Part shown: positions 32,906 to 40,978 of the stretch, piece by piece | Numbering within the stretch: the first letter of the stretch is position 1 | Layout: every line of letters starts with the position of its first letter | The notes under the pieces: model-generated | The model's database searches: none | What the model was told of the DNA's origin: nothing | The model's input: only the letters and a program-made list of their open reading frames with translations | Made by a program: the position numbers and the translations under genes | Assembly (NCBI GenBank): GCA_964429255.1 | Contig: CAYSBP010000005.1 | Location: forward strand, 1-40,978 | Direction: 5' to 3' | From: an uncultured Planctomycetia bacterium | GTDB taxonomy: Bacteria > Planctomycetota > SZUA-567 > H5-PLA8 | Length of the DNA stretch: 40,978 nucleotides

Positions 32906-34753
32906 ATGACTAACTTCATGTCCCAGTGTCCCAGGTACGCTCTTCTGTCGATCATGTTGGCCCTCGGCGTGGTTTTCGCCGAAGAGGGCGAGGCGTTGCC
33001 ACAACCCGTCGTGAGCGCCTGGACCCGCGCCTTTCCAGGCACCGTGATTCTCCGTTCGAAGACCACGTCTGCCCATGACGAGGCGTTCGTCGAACTGCGG
33101 CTGATGGATAAGCGGGAATCCAAGGGCTACGAAGTGCTCTTCAGCGTTTCGGGCACGCTGATGGAAGAAGAGAGGCACACCATCGCCGAGAGCGAGGTGT
33201 TGAAGGTGCTCCGTTTCTTCGCGCTCTTCGGGTCCCTGGACGAGAAGGCGCGCGTGGAGTGGACGGCGGAGAAAGTCAAGGACGGCCCGCGCTGCTTCAT
33301 GTTGCGGATCGACGCGTGCAGCGTGCCGGGGCGACTCGAAGTGCTCGTCCAGCCGGATGGCAGGCTGAAGGTGACGCTGGATCAGCGGCTGAAGGGCGGC
33401 GGCGAGCAGAAGTCCGGACGGCTGGACGGTCGCTTCCATTTGGCGGAAGGCGAGTCGGTCCTGCCTGCAGCACTGGTTCCGGCCAAGGCCAAGCCGGCGG
33501 TGGCGGCGGGAGGCACGGGGGCCGAGGCCCCGCCCATCGAGGAGGTCATACCTGAAGAGGTGCTGCGGACGATCCGCAAGTTGATCCGAGCGACGCTTTC
33601 CGAGGACGGCGAGGAGCGCGACGAAGGTTGGAAGCGGTTGCGCAACATGGGCCCTCTGGCGGTGCCCGGGCTGGCGGCCGTGGCGCGGCACGCGGAGACC
33701 ACGCCGGAGATGCTCAACTCGCTGATGATCACGCTGGGCGATTCGAAGGATCCGCGTGCGGGACCGGCATTGGCCGGGTTGCTGCAGAGCACGAATCCGC
33801 TGGTGCGCCAGGGCGCGGCGCGGGCCATTGGAGACAGCGGGTACAAGGGTGCGCTGACGGGCCTGGAGCGACTGGCGATCGATCCGGCGGAAGAGGAGGA
33901 GGTCCGGCTCTTCGCGGGGATTGCGGCGGCGAAGTTTCAGTCTGCGATCGGGCAGGACGCGTTGAAGTTTCTGGCTGCGTCCTCGAAACCGGCAACGCGG
34001 ACGCGTGCGATCTTCGCGTTGGGCAAGTACGGCGGAACGCCTTTTGTTGCCGTGTTGGCTGCGGCGCTGGACGACACGGAGGCGGTGGTGCGGGCGGATG
34101 CCGTCGAGGCCCTGCGGTTGGTGGGCGGGGACGAGGCCAAGGCCGCGTTGGCGCGGGCCCTCTCGGACGCGGACCATCGGGTGCGTGGCGCGGCGTTGGC
34201 CGGCCTGCGCGGTCTGACCGACCAGCAGCCCGGGCCGATTCTGGTGAGCGCGCTCCTCTCGACCGATGCCAGGGTCCGTGCATCGTCGGCTAAGGCGTTG
34301 GGCGACCTGGGCTATACGGAAGGTGTGGCGGACCTCGAGACGCTGCTGACCGATCCGGACGAGGGTGTTCGGTTGCAGGCGGCGATCGGCGCCGCGAAAC
34401 TGGGTTCGGGCGCGGCCCTGTTCATGCTGAAGGAATTGCTGCAATCCAAGGCGCCGGAGGTGCGAGCCAAGGCGCTGGTCTGTTTGGGAAAGCAGGGCGG
34501 TGAATCGCAGCTTGAGGCGGTTGCAGCTTCCTTGAAGGATGCGGACGGGAAGGTCCGGTTGGCGGCGGTCGAGGCGTTGTCGCTGATTGGCGATGCGGGT
34601 GTCCTGCGCCTGATGGATGCTTTGGCGGATGCGGACGTGCTGGTGCGGGAAGCGGCCGTTGAATCGCTGCAGGCGTTGACGGGGCAGGAGATCGGCGCGG
34701 ACCCGGCGGCGTGGCGGAACTGGTGGACGAAGAGCAAAGAGACGACCCCCTGA
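32906..34753 (+). CDS. Secreted HEAT-repeat (PBS-lyase-type) protein
   Basis: The signal peptide is ...YALLSIMLALGVVFAEE. The C-terminal two-thirds hold about 9 repeats of the pattern D..VR..AA.ALG..G...A...L..LL.D. It ends in WRNWWTK. Confidence 0.75.
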   Translation: MTNFMSQCPRYALLSIMLALGVVFAEEGEALPQPVVSAWTRAFPGTVILRSKTTSAHDEAFVELRLMDKRESKGYEVLFSVSGTLMEEERHTIAESEVLKVLRFFALFGSLDEKARVEWTAEKVKDGPRCFMLRIDACSVPGRLEVLVQPDGRLKVTLDQRLKGGGEQKSGRLDGRFHLAEGESVLPAALVPAKAKPAVAAGGTGAEAPPIEEVIPEEVLRTIRKLIRATLSEDGEERDEGWKRLRNMGPLAVPGLAAVARHAETTPEMLNSLMITLGDSKDPRAGPALAGLLQSTNPLVRQGAARAIGDSGYKGALTGLERLAIDPAEEEEVRLFAGIAAAKFQSAIGQDALKFLAASSKPATRTRAIFALGKYGGTPFVAVLAAALDDTEAVVRADAVEALRLVGGDEAKAALARALSDADHRVRGAALAGLRGLTDQQPGPILVSALLSTDARVRASSAKALGDLGYTEGVADLETLLTDPDEGVRLQAAIGAAKLGSGAALFMLKELLQSKAPEVRAKALVCLGKQGGESQLEAVAASLKDADGKVRLAAVEALSLIGDAGVLRLMDALADADVLVREAAVESLQALTGQEIGADPAAWRNWWTKSKETTP

Positions 34754-34768
34754 CGAGGCGAGGATTTT

Positions 34769-35932
34769 ATGAAGGCGTTCGCGTTGTTCGTAGTGCTGTT
34801 CGTCGGTGTGTTGTGGGCGGCCGAGGTGACGGTGGTGACCGTCGAGGGTGAGGAAGTTTCGGGGCCGCTCGAAGCCCTGGGGGCCGAGAGCATCCGCGTG
34901 AAGGGTCGGGACGTTCCCTCGGGTGACCTGGCCGAGATTCGCTTTCGCCATGCGCATCAGGCGGCCAAGGACCTGGCCAACCTGCGCTTCCGAAACGGCG
35001 ACGTGTTGTACGGCACGGTGGTTTCCGGCGGGGACAAGAGCCTTCGTTTCAACGCCACGCTGCTGGGCGAGATCGAAGTGAAGAACGACGTGCTGGCAGG
35101 ACTGGCTTTTCCGGTGAAGGAAGCGCCGGCGGCCGAGACGCTGAACCAATTTTTTGCGGCGCAGACCGGGGAGAATGATCAAATCCTGGTTCCAAACGGT
35201 GAGGCCACGAACTGCTTTCTGAACGAGATGACGGCCAAGGACATCCAGTACGAGGTGGAAGGTCAGAAACGCACCCGGCCGTACGACCAGGTGGCCGCGT
35301 TCCGGTACGCCGCGCTCAAGCCGTTCGAGCAGGTGAAGGGGCTTCTGGCGCGCGTGTACCTCTCGGACGGCTCCGTCCTGAGCGGGACGCTGGGTGCTCA
35401 TCGGGCGGCCCAATGGGCACTCGCGGGCGTCGAGGGCATGGCGTGGAGCATCCCCGAAGGCGCGATACTGCGCGTCAGCTTCGCCGGCGGACGACTCGTG
35501 TATCTGGACGAACTGGAGCCGAAGGTCGAGCAGAGGCCGCTGGTCGGCGGCGCGCCGTTTATTTTTCGCTGGAGGAAGAACCAGTCCGCCGAAAATGGGC
35601 CGATGGCCATTGGCAAGAAGGAGTATCTGCGCGGCTTCGGCGTTCACTCGTTCTGCACATTGACCTTTCAACTGGGTGGTACCTTCAACCGGTTCATTGT
35701 GGAAGTGGGTCTGGACCGTGCAGCCCTTCCGCACGCGGTGTGCGGATGGAAAGTGCTGGCCGACGGACAGGAACTGAAGGCGGGCGAGGCGAAGGCGGGC
35801 GCGGCGCCCACGACCTTGAAACTGCCGGTCTCTGGCGTCAAGATGCTGGAACTTGTCTGCGACTACGGTGCGGATAACGATGATGCGGGCGATCTGCTGA
35901 ACTGGGCTGAGGCCCGGCTGGTAAGGGACTGA
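34769..35932 (+). CDS. Secreted protein with a C-terminal NPCBM/NEW2-like carbohydrate-binding module
   Basis: The signal peptide is MKAFALFVVLFVGVLWAAE. The C-terminus is KKEYLRGFGVHSFCTLTFQLGGTFNRFIVEVGLD...WKVLADGQEL...LKLPVSGVKMLELVCDYGADNDDAGDLLNWAEARL. This matches the NPCBM pattern (Y.kG.g.H..s...y.l.g.y..F...vG.D......V..DG......v.v.gv..L.L.v...gd....D...Wa.A.l). Confidence 0.65.
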   Translation: MKAFALFVVLFVGVLWAAEVTVVTVEGEEVSGPLEALGAESIRVKGRDVPSGDLAEIRFRHAHQAAKDLANLRFRNGDVLYGTVVSGGDKSLRFNATLLGEIEVKNDVLAGLAFPVKEAPAAETLNQFFAAQTGENDQILVPNGEATNCFLNEMTAKDIQYEVEGQKRTRPYDQVAAFRYAALKPFEQVKGLLARVYLSDGSVLSGTLGAHRAAQWALAGVEGMAWSIPEGAILRVSFAGGRLVYLDELEPKVEQRPLVGGAPFIFRWRKNQSAENGPMAIGKKEYLRGFGVHSFCTLTFQLGGTFNRFIVEVGLDRAALPHAVCGWKVLADGQELKAGEAKAGAAPTTLKLPVSGVKMLELVCDYGADNDDAGDLLNWAEARLVRD

Positions 35933-36032
35933 GTGGGCCGCGGCCTTCCAGACCGCTTGGGCAGTGACAGGTGTTGCGGCGCTGGGCGGCAGGGGCGTCT
36001 GCCCTACGTGGGTGGTTCAAGAAAGGAATCGC

Positions 36033-37097
36033 ATGTCTGTTCGAGAACGATGGATGACGCTTTCGATCCGGGGACTGGTGTTGTTGGCCCTGGTCTTCGC
36101 CAGCGGTTGCGAGTACGACGTGGTCCCGCTGAAAGGCCAGGAAGGCCGATCGATCGTGTATGCGGCCATCGGTCGCGCAGGCGCTCCGAATGCGGGGATC
36201 ATCGTCACCAGCATCGGCGCGATCGTGATCGACCCGCCGCTGAACCCGGAGCTGGGCGAGCGGCTCAACCTGGACGCGTTGCGACGCAGCAAGACCTTCT
36301 GGGACGAGAAGCACCGCACCACGGGGCAGCCCAGCGGCCCGCCGCCCGTCCTGTATGTTCTGAACACCACCTATCGCGCTTCGCACACGTTTGGCAATCA
36401 GGCCTTCAAATCGACGGCGGAGATCATCGCGTCCACCAAGGCGGCCAAGCACATGGCCGATTTGCTGGAAGGCCGCAGGATGCGAGAATTGCTGCAGACG
36501 GAGTTCAAGGTGCCCGGACTGGAACGGCATGGCTTGACGGGCGCGACCATGAGTTTTGACGGTGCGATGACGATCCATTCGCCGGAGGTCGAAGTCCGGC
36601 TCATTTCCATCGGAGACTGCGTGGGTGAAGGTGACGCGGTCGTCTTTCTGCCACAGCAGAAGATCCTTTTTGCCGGTGATTTCGTGCTGACGGGTTTTGT
36701 ACCGTACTATCGCGGGCGAACGCTGAGCACGCGGGGCTGGATCCAGCAGCTCAAGAAATTCGAGGAGCTGCTTTCCGATGACGTGGTGGTCGTGCCCGGT
36801 CACGGCGCTCAGGGTGGCAAGGACCTGCTGAAGCAGCAGCGCGAGTTTCTGGAGGCGCTGCTGGCCGCCGTCAAGACGGCCGTCATAGCCAAGAAGACCA
36901 TCGATCAGGCCGTGCAGGAAGTGAAGCTGCCCAATTTCGCGCGCTGGCAGGGCTACAACGACTGGCTGGGCGGGAACGTCCGCCTGGTCTTCCAGGAACT
37001 GACTCAGCCCGGCGGAAACGAGAGCGGTTCGTCGGGTGGCGCTACCATGGCGACGCCGGCAGGCATCGAGAGCCCGGACAGCTACCGCGGGTTGTAG
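36033..37097 (+). CDS. MBL-fold lipoprotein with a degenerate metal-binding motif
   Basis: A lipobox LVFASG-C follows MSVRERWMTLSIRGLVLLA. The MBL-like layout includes ...GAIVIDPP..., GDAVVFLPQQKILFAGD and VVPGHG. However, the HxHxDH position reads NTTYRASH. ATG 36033 follows GAAAGGA. Confidence 0.6.
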   Translation: MSVRERWMTLSIRGLVLLALVFASGCEYDVVPLKGQEGRSIVYAAIGRAGAPNAGIIVTSIGAIVIDPPLNPELGERLNLDALRRSKTFWDEKHRTTGQPSGPPPVLYVLNTTYRASHTFGNQAFKSTAEIIASTKAAKHMADLLEGRRMRELLQTEFKVPGLERHGLTGATMSFDGAMTIHSPEVEVRLISIGDCVGEGDAVVFLPQQKILFAGDFVLTGFVPYYRGRTLSTRGWIQQLKKFEELLSDDVVVVPGHGAQGGKDLLKQQREFLEALLAAVKTAVIAKKTIDQAVQEVKLPNFARWQGYNDWLGGNVRLVFQELTQPGGNESGSSGGATMATPAGIESPDSYRGL

Positions 37098-37106
37098 GGG
37101 GACGTC

Positions 37107-37979
37107 GTGAGGATTCGCATCTGGGGCGCGCGTGCGAGCATTCCCACACCCTGCACGACGGAGTTCCGCACCACACGATATGGCGGCAACACGACCTGCC
37201 TTTCCGTCTCGGTTCCCGGTGCACTCGCCATCTTCGATGCCGGTTCGGGTATTCGGCCGTTGGGGCTGGGGCTCGACGCCGTGCCGCCCGTGCGCGCGAC
37301 GGTCTTCTTCACGCATCTCCACTGGGATCATATCCAAGGGTTCCCGTTCTTCCCGCCGCTCTATCGATCCGGCAACCGTTTTGACCTGTACGGTTCGCAG
37401 ATCGGCGCTGAAGGGGCTTTGCGGCGGGCGTTGAGTGTCCAGCAGGATGCAGTCTACTTTCCGGTGGGGCTCGATCAGTTGTCCGCCGAACTCCACTTCC
37501 ACGAACTGATCCATGGACAGGCCGTGGTGCTGGAGGGCAAGGCCTCGCGTCTGTTGGTTACGCCCTGCGCGCTGAATCATCCCGGCGGTTGTTTCGGCTT
37601 CCGCATCGACGAGCAGTCCGAAGAGGGCCGCGGTTCGACCGTCTTCTTTGCCACGGACTCCGAGCCGCCTGTCGACGGCCAGCCGCAGCTTGCGGAGTCG
37701 GTCCGCGGGGCGTCGCTGCTGATTCACGACGCGCAGTACTCACCGCAGGAGTACGAAGGACGAAATGGGATCAGCCGAAAGGGTTGGGGACATTCCACCT
37801 GGCGGGAAGCGTTGCGGGAAGCCCAGGCGGCCGGTGTCAGACGCCTGCTGCTGACCCACCACGATCCACAGCACGACGACTGGGAGATTGCCCGGTTGGA
37901 GAGCGAAGCACGAGTCGCGGGTCGCCGGCTGGACATCGACGTTCAAGCCGTTCACGAAGGAATGGAGATCGATCTGTGA
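37107..37979 (+). CDS. MBL-fold metallo-hydrolase (Lactamase_B_2-type, canonical motif)
   Basis: The motifs are IRIWGARASIP...YGGNTTC...IFDAGSG...FFTHLHWDHIQGFPFF, followed by FATDSE, HDAQY and LLLTHHDP. The start is GTG, 9 nt after the previous stop. Confidence 0.8.
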   Translation: MRIRIWGARASIPTPCTTEFRTTRYGGNTTCLSVSVPGALAIFDAGSGIRPLGLGLDAVPPVRATVFFTHLHWDHIQGFPFFPPLYRSGNRFDLYGSQIGAEGALRRALSVQQDAVYFPVGLDQLSAELHFHELIHGQAVVLEGKASRLLVTPCALNHPGGCFGFRIDEQSEEGRGSTVFFATDSEPPVDGQPQLAESVRGASLLIHDAQYSPQEYEGRNGISRKGWGHSTWREALREAQAAGVRRLLLTHHDPQHDDWEIARLESEARVAGRRLDIDVQAVHEGMEIDL

Positions 37980-40828
37980 AGCAATTGCACGCGCTGGCTG
38001 TCCTTGTTGTAATCTTCACCGGTTCGATCGTGGTCGGTGAACAGGCGCCCGACTGGAAGGCGCCCCTGCCCGTTGACCCGCTCGTCCAGCGCGGACGCAT
38101 GCCCAACGGTCTGACCTACTGGATTCGCAAGCATGCCACGCCGCCGGAGAAGGTCGGCGCCTGGATTCATGTCGGCACCGGTTCGCTCAACGAAGACGAG
38201 AACCAGAGGGGACTCGCCCACCTGCTCGAACATATGGCCTTCAACGGCAGTGCCAACTTTCCCCCGGGCACGTTGACCCAATACTTCGAATCCATCGGCC
38301 TGAGCTTTGGCCGCGATCAGAACGCCTTCACCAGCTTCGACCAGACAACCTATATGATCTACCTCCCCGACCCGAAGCCGGAGACGGTCGGGAAAGGGCT
38401 CCTCTGCCTGGCCGATTACGCCTTCCGGCAGTTGCTCACCAAGGAGGAAGTCGAGAAGGAACGTATGGTGGTGCTCGAGGAAGTTCGCGCACGCAAGGGG
38501 AAAGACCAGCGACTGCTTGACAAGATGTTGCCGCTGCTGATCCCCGGTTCCCGCGTCGCCGAACGCCTTCCGATCGGCAAGGAAGAGGTCGTCCGCGGCG
38601 CGAATCGCGAACTGATCCAAGCCTACTATCGCAGGTGGTATCGTCCCGAGTTTTCCACGGTGCTCCTGGTCGGCGACATCGAGCCGTCGCTGGCCGAAAA
38701 GCTGGTGGGCGAGGCCTTCAAAGACTGGAAAGCCGAAGGCCCCACACCGGTCCACGCCGATCCGGGCGTCCAGCCCTACACGACCACGCGCGCGGCTACG
38801 ATCACCGATCCCGAGCTGGCGGAAGCGCAGTGGACGATCGTCAATGTGAAACCGCTACGCCAGGAAAAGACACTGGGTGACTTCCGCGAGCGGCTGATCG
38901 AGCAACTGGGTTGCTGGATACTCAACCGCCGGCTCTCTGACCTGCTCCAGAAAGGGCGGGCGCCGTACCAGTCGGCCTACTGCAGCGTCAGCACCTGGTT
39001 CAACGCCTGCACGACCGTCAGCGCGGGCGCCGGCGGGACTCCCGCCCAGTGGAACCCGATGCTGGTCGCCCTGCTGACCGAACTCAAACGCGCCCGCACC
39101 CACGGTTTCAACCCACAGGAACTCGACGACGCCAAACGTGCCGTCATCGCCGGTTCCGAACAGAGCGTGCGCACCGAGCCGACCCGGGACATGCGCGGCT
39201 GGCTGGAACGCCTCAACGGCGTCGTCGCGAAGAAGCAACTGCCCATGTCCGAAGCGCAGCGTGCCCAGTGCCTGCTTCAGACGATGCCCTGGGTCACCCT
39301 TAACGATGTCAACGAGGCGTTCCGGAAGAACTTCGCGCCCGAGAACCGCCTGCTGCTGCTCGAACTGCCCGAATCCAAGGACCGGCCCGCGCCCGCGGAG
39401 GCCGACATTCTGGCCGTGGCGCGCGACGCCGAACAGGCGCAGGTCGACGCCCTGGCGCAGAAGGAACGTCCCGCCTCGCTGCTCGACGCGGACCCCGGTC
39501 GCGCCCTGGTCGAACACGACGACTGGAACGAGGAACTGGAGGTCTACTCGGCCTGGTTCCAGAACAACGTCCGCGTTCACGTTCGAGAGATGAGTTTCAA
39601 GAAGAGCCAGGCCTGGGTCCAGATCACGCTTCCCGGCGGCCGGCTGCATGAAACCGCCGGGACCCGCTGTCTGGCCGATGCCGCCGCGCTCGCCTTCAAC
39701 CGCCACGCCACCGCGAAGTTCGATTCGGTTCAGCTTCGCGATTTTCTGGTGGGCAGGAACGTCGCCGTCAGCGGCTGGGGTGAAGACGACGCCCTGGGGC
39801 TCCAGATCAGCGGCTCTCCGGAGGACCTGGAACTCGGCCTCCAGCTTGCGCACCTGTTGCTCCGCGAGGCGCGCATCGAGGCCCCCGCGCTGGAGAAGTG
39901 GCGCGAACAGGCCAAGGACGACTGGAAGGATCGCCAGCGCAACGTCGAGGCGCAGCTCTCCGAGCGGCTCAGCATCCTCAAAGGCGGCGGCGATCCGCGC
40001 TTCCTGGGCTGGTCGCCCGAGATGCTCGATCGCGTGACGCTGGAATCCGCGCAGGCCTTCCTTGACCGCCATCTGAAGGATGCGCCCATGGAAGTCGCCA
40101 TCGTCGGCGACCTCTCGCGTTTCCGGGCGATGGAGCTGGCGCGCAAGTACCTCGGCACGCTGCCCCGGCGTCCCCGCCTGGACGGGAAACTCGATGCGCT
40201 CCGTAAACTGAAACTGCCGCGTGGCCCGATCGAAGAGACCGTCCACGTCGACACGATCACGGACCGCGCGCTGGTCGCTTTGGGCTGGCGAGGTCCCGAC
40301 TGGCGCGACGTCAAAGAGCGCCGCCAGATGCTTCTCGCCTCGCAGATCCTGCAGTCGCGGCTGCGGGAAGAGGTCAGGGAGAAGCGCGGGCTGACGTACT
40401 CGGTATACGCTTCAGCCCGGGCGGCCGAGGCGTATCCCGGCACGGGCTTTGTCGGCGCCTACGCCATCGCCGACCCCAAGAAGATCGACGATACCGTCAA
40501 GGCCACACGGGACGTCTTCGACGCGTTCCTGGCGGGCGGCCCGACCGAGGAGGAGATGGCGACGGTCCGCAAGCAGATCGAAAACCAGCTCGAGGTTCAA
40601 CTCCGCGAACCGAGCTACTGGTTGAGCCTGCTCTCCGACCTCGACTACCGCGGCACCAGGCTTTCCGACGTGGCGGTCCTGCGCGAGCGCATGCAGGGCT
40701 ACACGCGCGAAGAGATCCACAAGACGCTTCGCAAGTACATCAAGCCCGAAGGCTACCTCCAGGTCCTCGCCACGCCCAAGCCCGGCGCAACGGCGGAAGA
40801 GGAGAAGACGAGTCAGGCCAAGCAGTGA
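37976..40828 (+). CDS. M16-family (insulinase/pitrilysin-like) zinc peptidase, two fused M16 halves (950 aa)
   Basis: The start GTG 37976 overlaps the upstream stop (GTGA). The signal-like N-terminus is VKQLHALAVLVVIFTGSIVVG. The inverted zinc motif HxxEH appears in GLAHLLEHMAFNGS, with a downstream E in EKERMVVLEEV. The second half has an M16C-like region with no HxxEH. The upstream 129 codons of the track ORF overlap the MBL gene and are R-rich. Confidence 0.88.
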   Translation: MKQLHALAVLVVIFTGSIVVGEQAPDWKAPLPVDPLVQRGRMPNGLTYWIRKHATPPEKVGAWIHVGTGSLNEDENQRGLAHLLEHMAFNGSANFPPGTLTQYFESIGLSFGRDQNAFTSFDQTTYMIYLPDPKPETVGKGLLCLADYAFRQLLTKEEVEKERMVVLEEVRARKGKDQRLLDKMLPLLIPGSRVAERLPIGKEEVVRGANRELIQAYYRRWYRPEFSTVLLVGDIEPSLAEKLVGEAFKDWKAEGPTPVHADPGVQPYTTTRAATITDPELAEAQWTIVNVKPLRQEKTLGDFRERLIEQLGCWILNRRLSDLLQKGRAPYQSAYCSVSTWFNACTTVSAGAGGTPAQWNPMLVALLTELKRARTHGFNPQELDDAKRAVIAGSEQSVRTEPTRDMRGWLERLNGVVAKKQLPMSEAQRAQCLLQTMPWVTLNDVNEAFRKNFAPENRLLLLELPESKDRPAPAEADILAVARDAEQAQVDALAQKERPASLLDADPGRALVEHDDWNEELEVYSAWFQNNVRVHVREMSFKKSQAWVQITLPGGRLHETAGTRCLADAAALAFNRHATAKFDSVQLRDFLVGRNVAVSGWGEDDALGLQISGSPEDLELGLQLAHLLLREARIEAPALEKWREQAKDDWKDRQRNVEAQLSERLSILKGGGDPRFLGWSPEMLDRVTLESAQAFLDRHLKDAPMEVAIVGDLSRFRAMELARKYLGTLPRRPRLDGKLDALRKLKLPRGPIEETVHVDTITDRALVALGWRGPDWRDVKERRQMLLASQILQSRLREEVREKRGLTYSVYASARAAEAYPGTGFVGAYAIADPKKIDDTVKATRDVFDAFLAGGPTEEEMATVRKQIENQLEVQLREPSYWLSLLSDLDYRGTRLSDVAVLRERMQGYTREEIHKTLRKYIKPEGYLQVLATPKPGATAEEEKTSQAKQ

Positions 40829-40881
40829 TTCTGCTCAAGCGTGGCATCCAATGGTGTTCGGCAGTCGGCTTGCGGCTGCAC

Positions 40882-40933
40882 GGACAGGCCCGGTTCTGGA
40901 AGGCTTCAGGAGCCGGGCTCAGCGGGCCTGTCC
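40882..40933 (+). terminator. Long GC-rich stem-loop downstream of the M16 peptidase gene (possible terminator or RNA-stability element)
   Basis: GGACAGGCCCG (40882-40892) is perfectly complementary to CGGGCCTGTCC (40923-40933). An inner CCCGG/CCGGG pairing is also present. There is no T-tract, so it is not a classical intrinsic terminator. Confidence 0.3.
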
Positions 40934-40978
40934 ATGGCACCCCCCACGACGCAAGGCCTCGCGCGTGGTTCACCCAGG

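Noticed and set aside
37589-37975. 129-codon N-terminal extension of the M16 peptidase ORF.
   Set aside because: It overlaps the well-supported MBL hydrolase gene in another frame and is R/P/G-rich. The GTG at 37976 gives a signal-peptide-like N-terminus and a GTGA coupling to the upstream stop.
1-40978. Searched by eye for CRISPR arrays, IS or transposase genes, integrases next to the tRNA, toxin-antitoxin pairs, restriction-modification and other defence genes.
   Set aside because: No regularly spaced repeats are present, and no DDE/HUH/tyrosine-recombinase-like ORFs. The tRNA-Ala is flanked by ordinary housekeeping genes with uniform GC. The window looks like core chromosome rather than a mobile or defence island.

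Overview
A 41 kb, high-GC, densely packed chromosomal window. The gene content suggests a Planctomycetota/PVC-like bacterium: giant exported proteins, HEAT-repeat proteins, several MoxR ATPases and many 4-nt start/stop overlaps. This taxon call is an inference. I can support one tRNA-Ala(GGC) and about 27 protein-coding genes. I found no rRNA, CRISPR array, transposase, integrase or phage gene. Housekeeping genes recognised from motifs are hisF, kdsD, kdsC, folP, cdaA, cdaR, pdxJ, hpt and topA, plus two MoxR AAA+ ATPases, an OprO/P-like porin, M48 and M16 metallopeptidases, and two MBL-fold proteins. The most unusual content is a five-gene minus-strand operon (7739-18155). It encodes a LolD/MacB-type ABC ATPase and a minimal FtsX-type permease. 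It also encodes a 1571-aa permease that fuses an FtsX/MacB module to a large M28/PA-like ectodomain with degenerate metal ligands, and two roughly 650-700-aa OPT-like polytopic membrane paralogs. I propose this as an undescribed mechanotransmission-type ABC machine. The second notable locus is kdsD-kdsC followed by two paralogous, greatly enlarged LptC/LptA-like (OstA-type) proteins of 930 and 442 aa. Smaller oddities include a stand-alone PilT N-terminal domain ORF, a roughly 49-aa insertion in HisF, a roughly 170-aa N-terminal extension on FolP and an MBL lipoprotein lacking the HxHxDH motif. Others are an intercistronic GAC/GTC-rich inverted repeat, a roughly 490-nt structured non-coding gap and an AT-rich island upstream of topA. 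The many long antisense ORFs in the track are high-GC artefacts and were rejected. All domain calls come from reading motifs by eye; no database search was possible.
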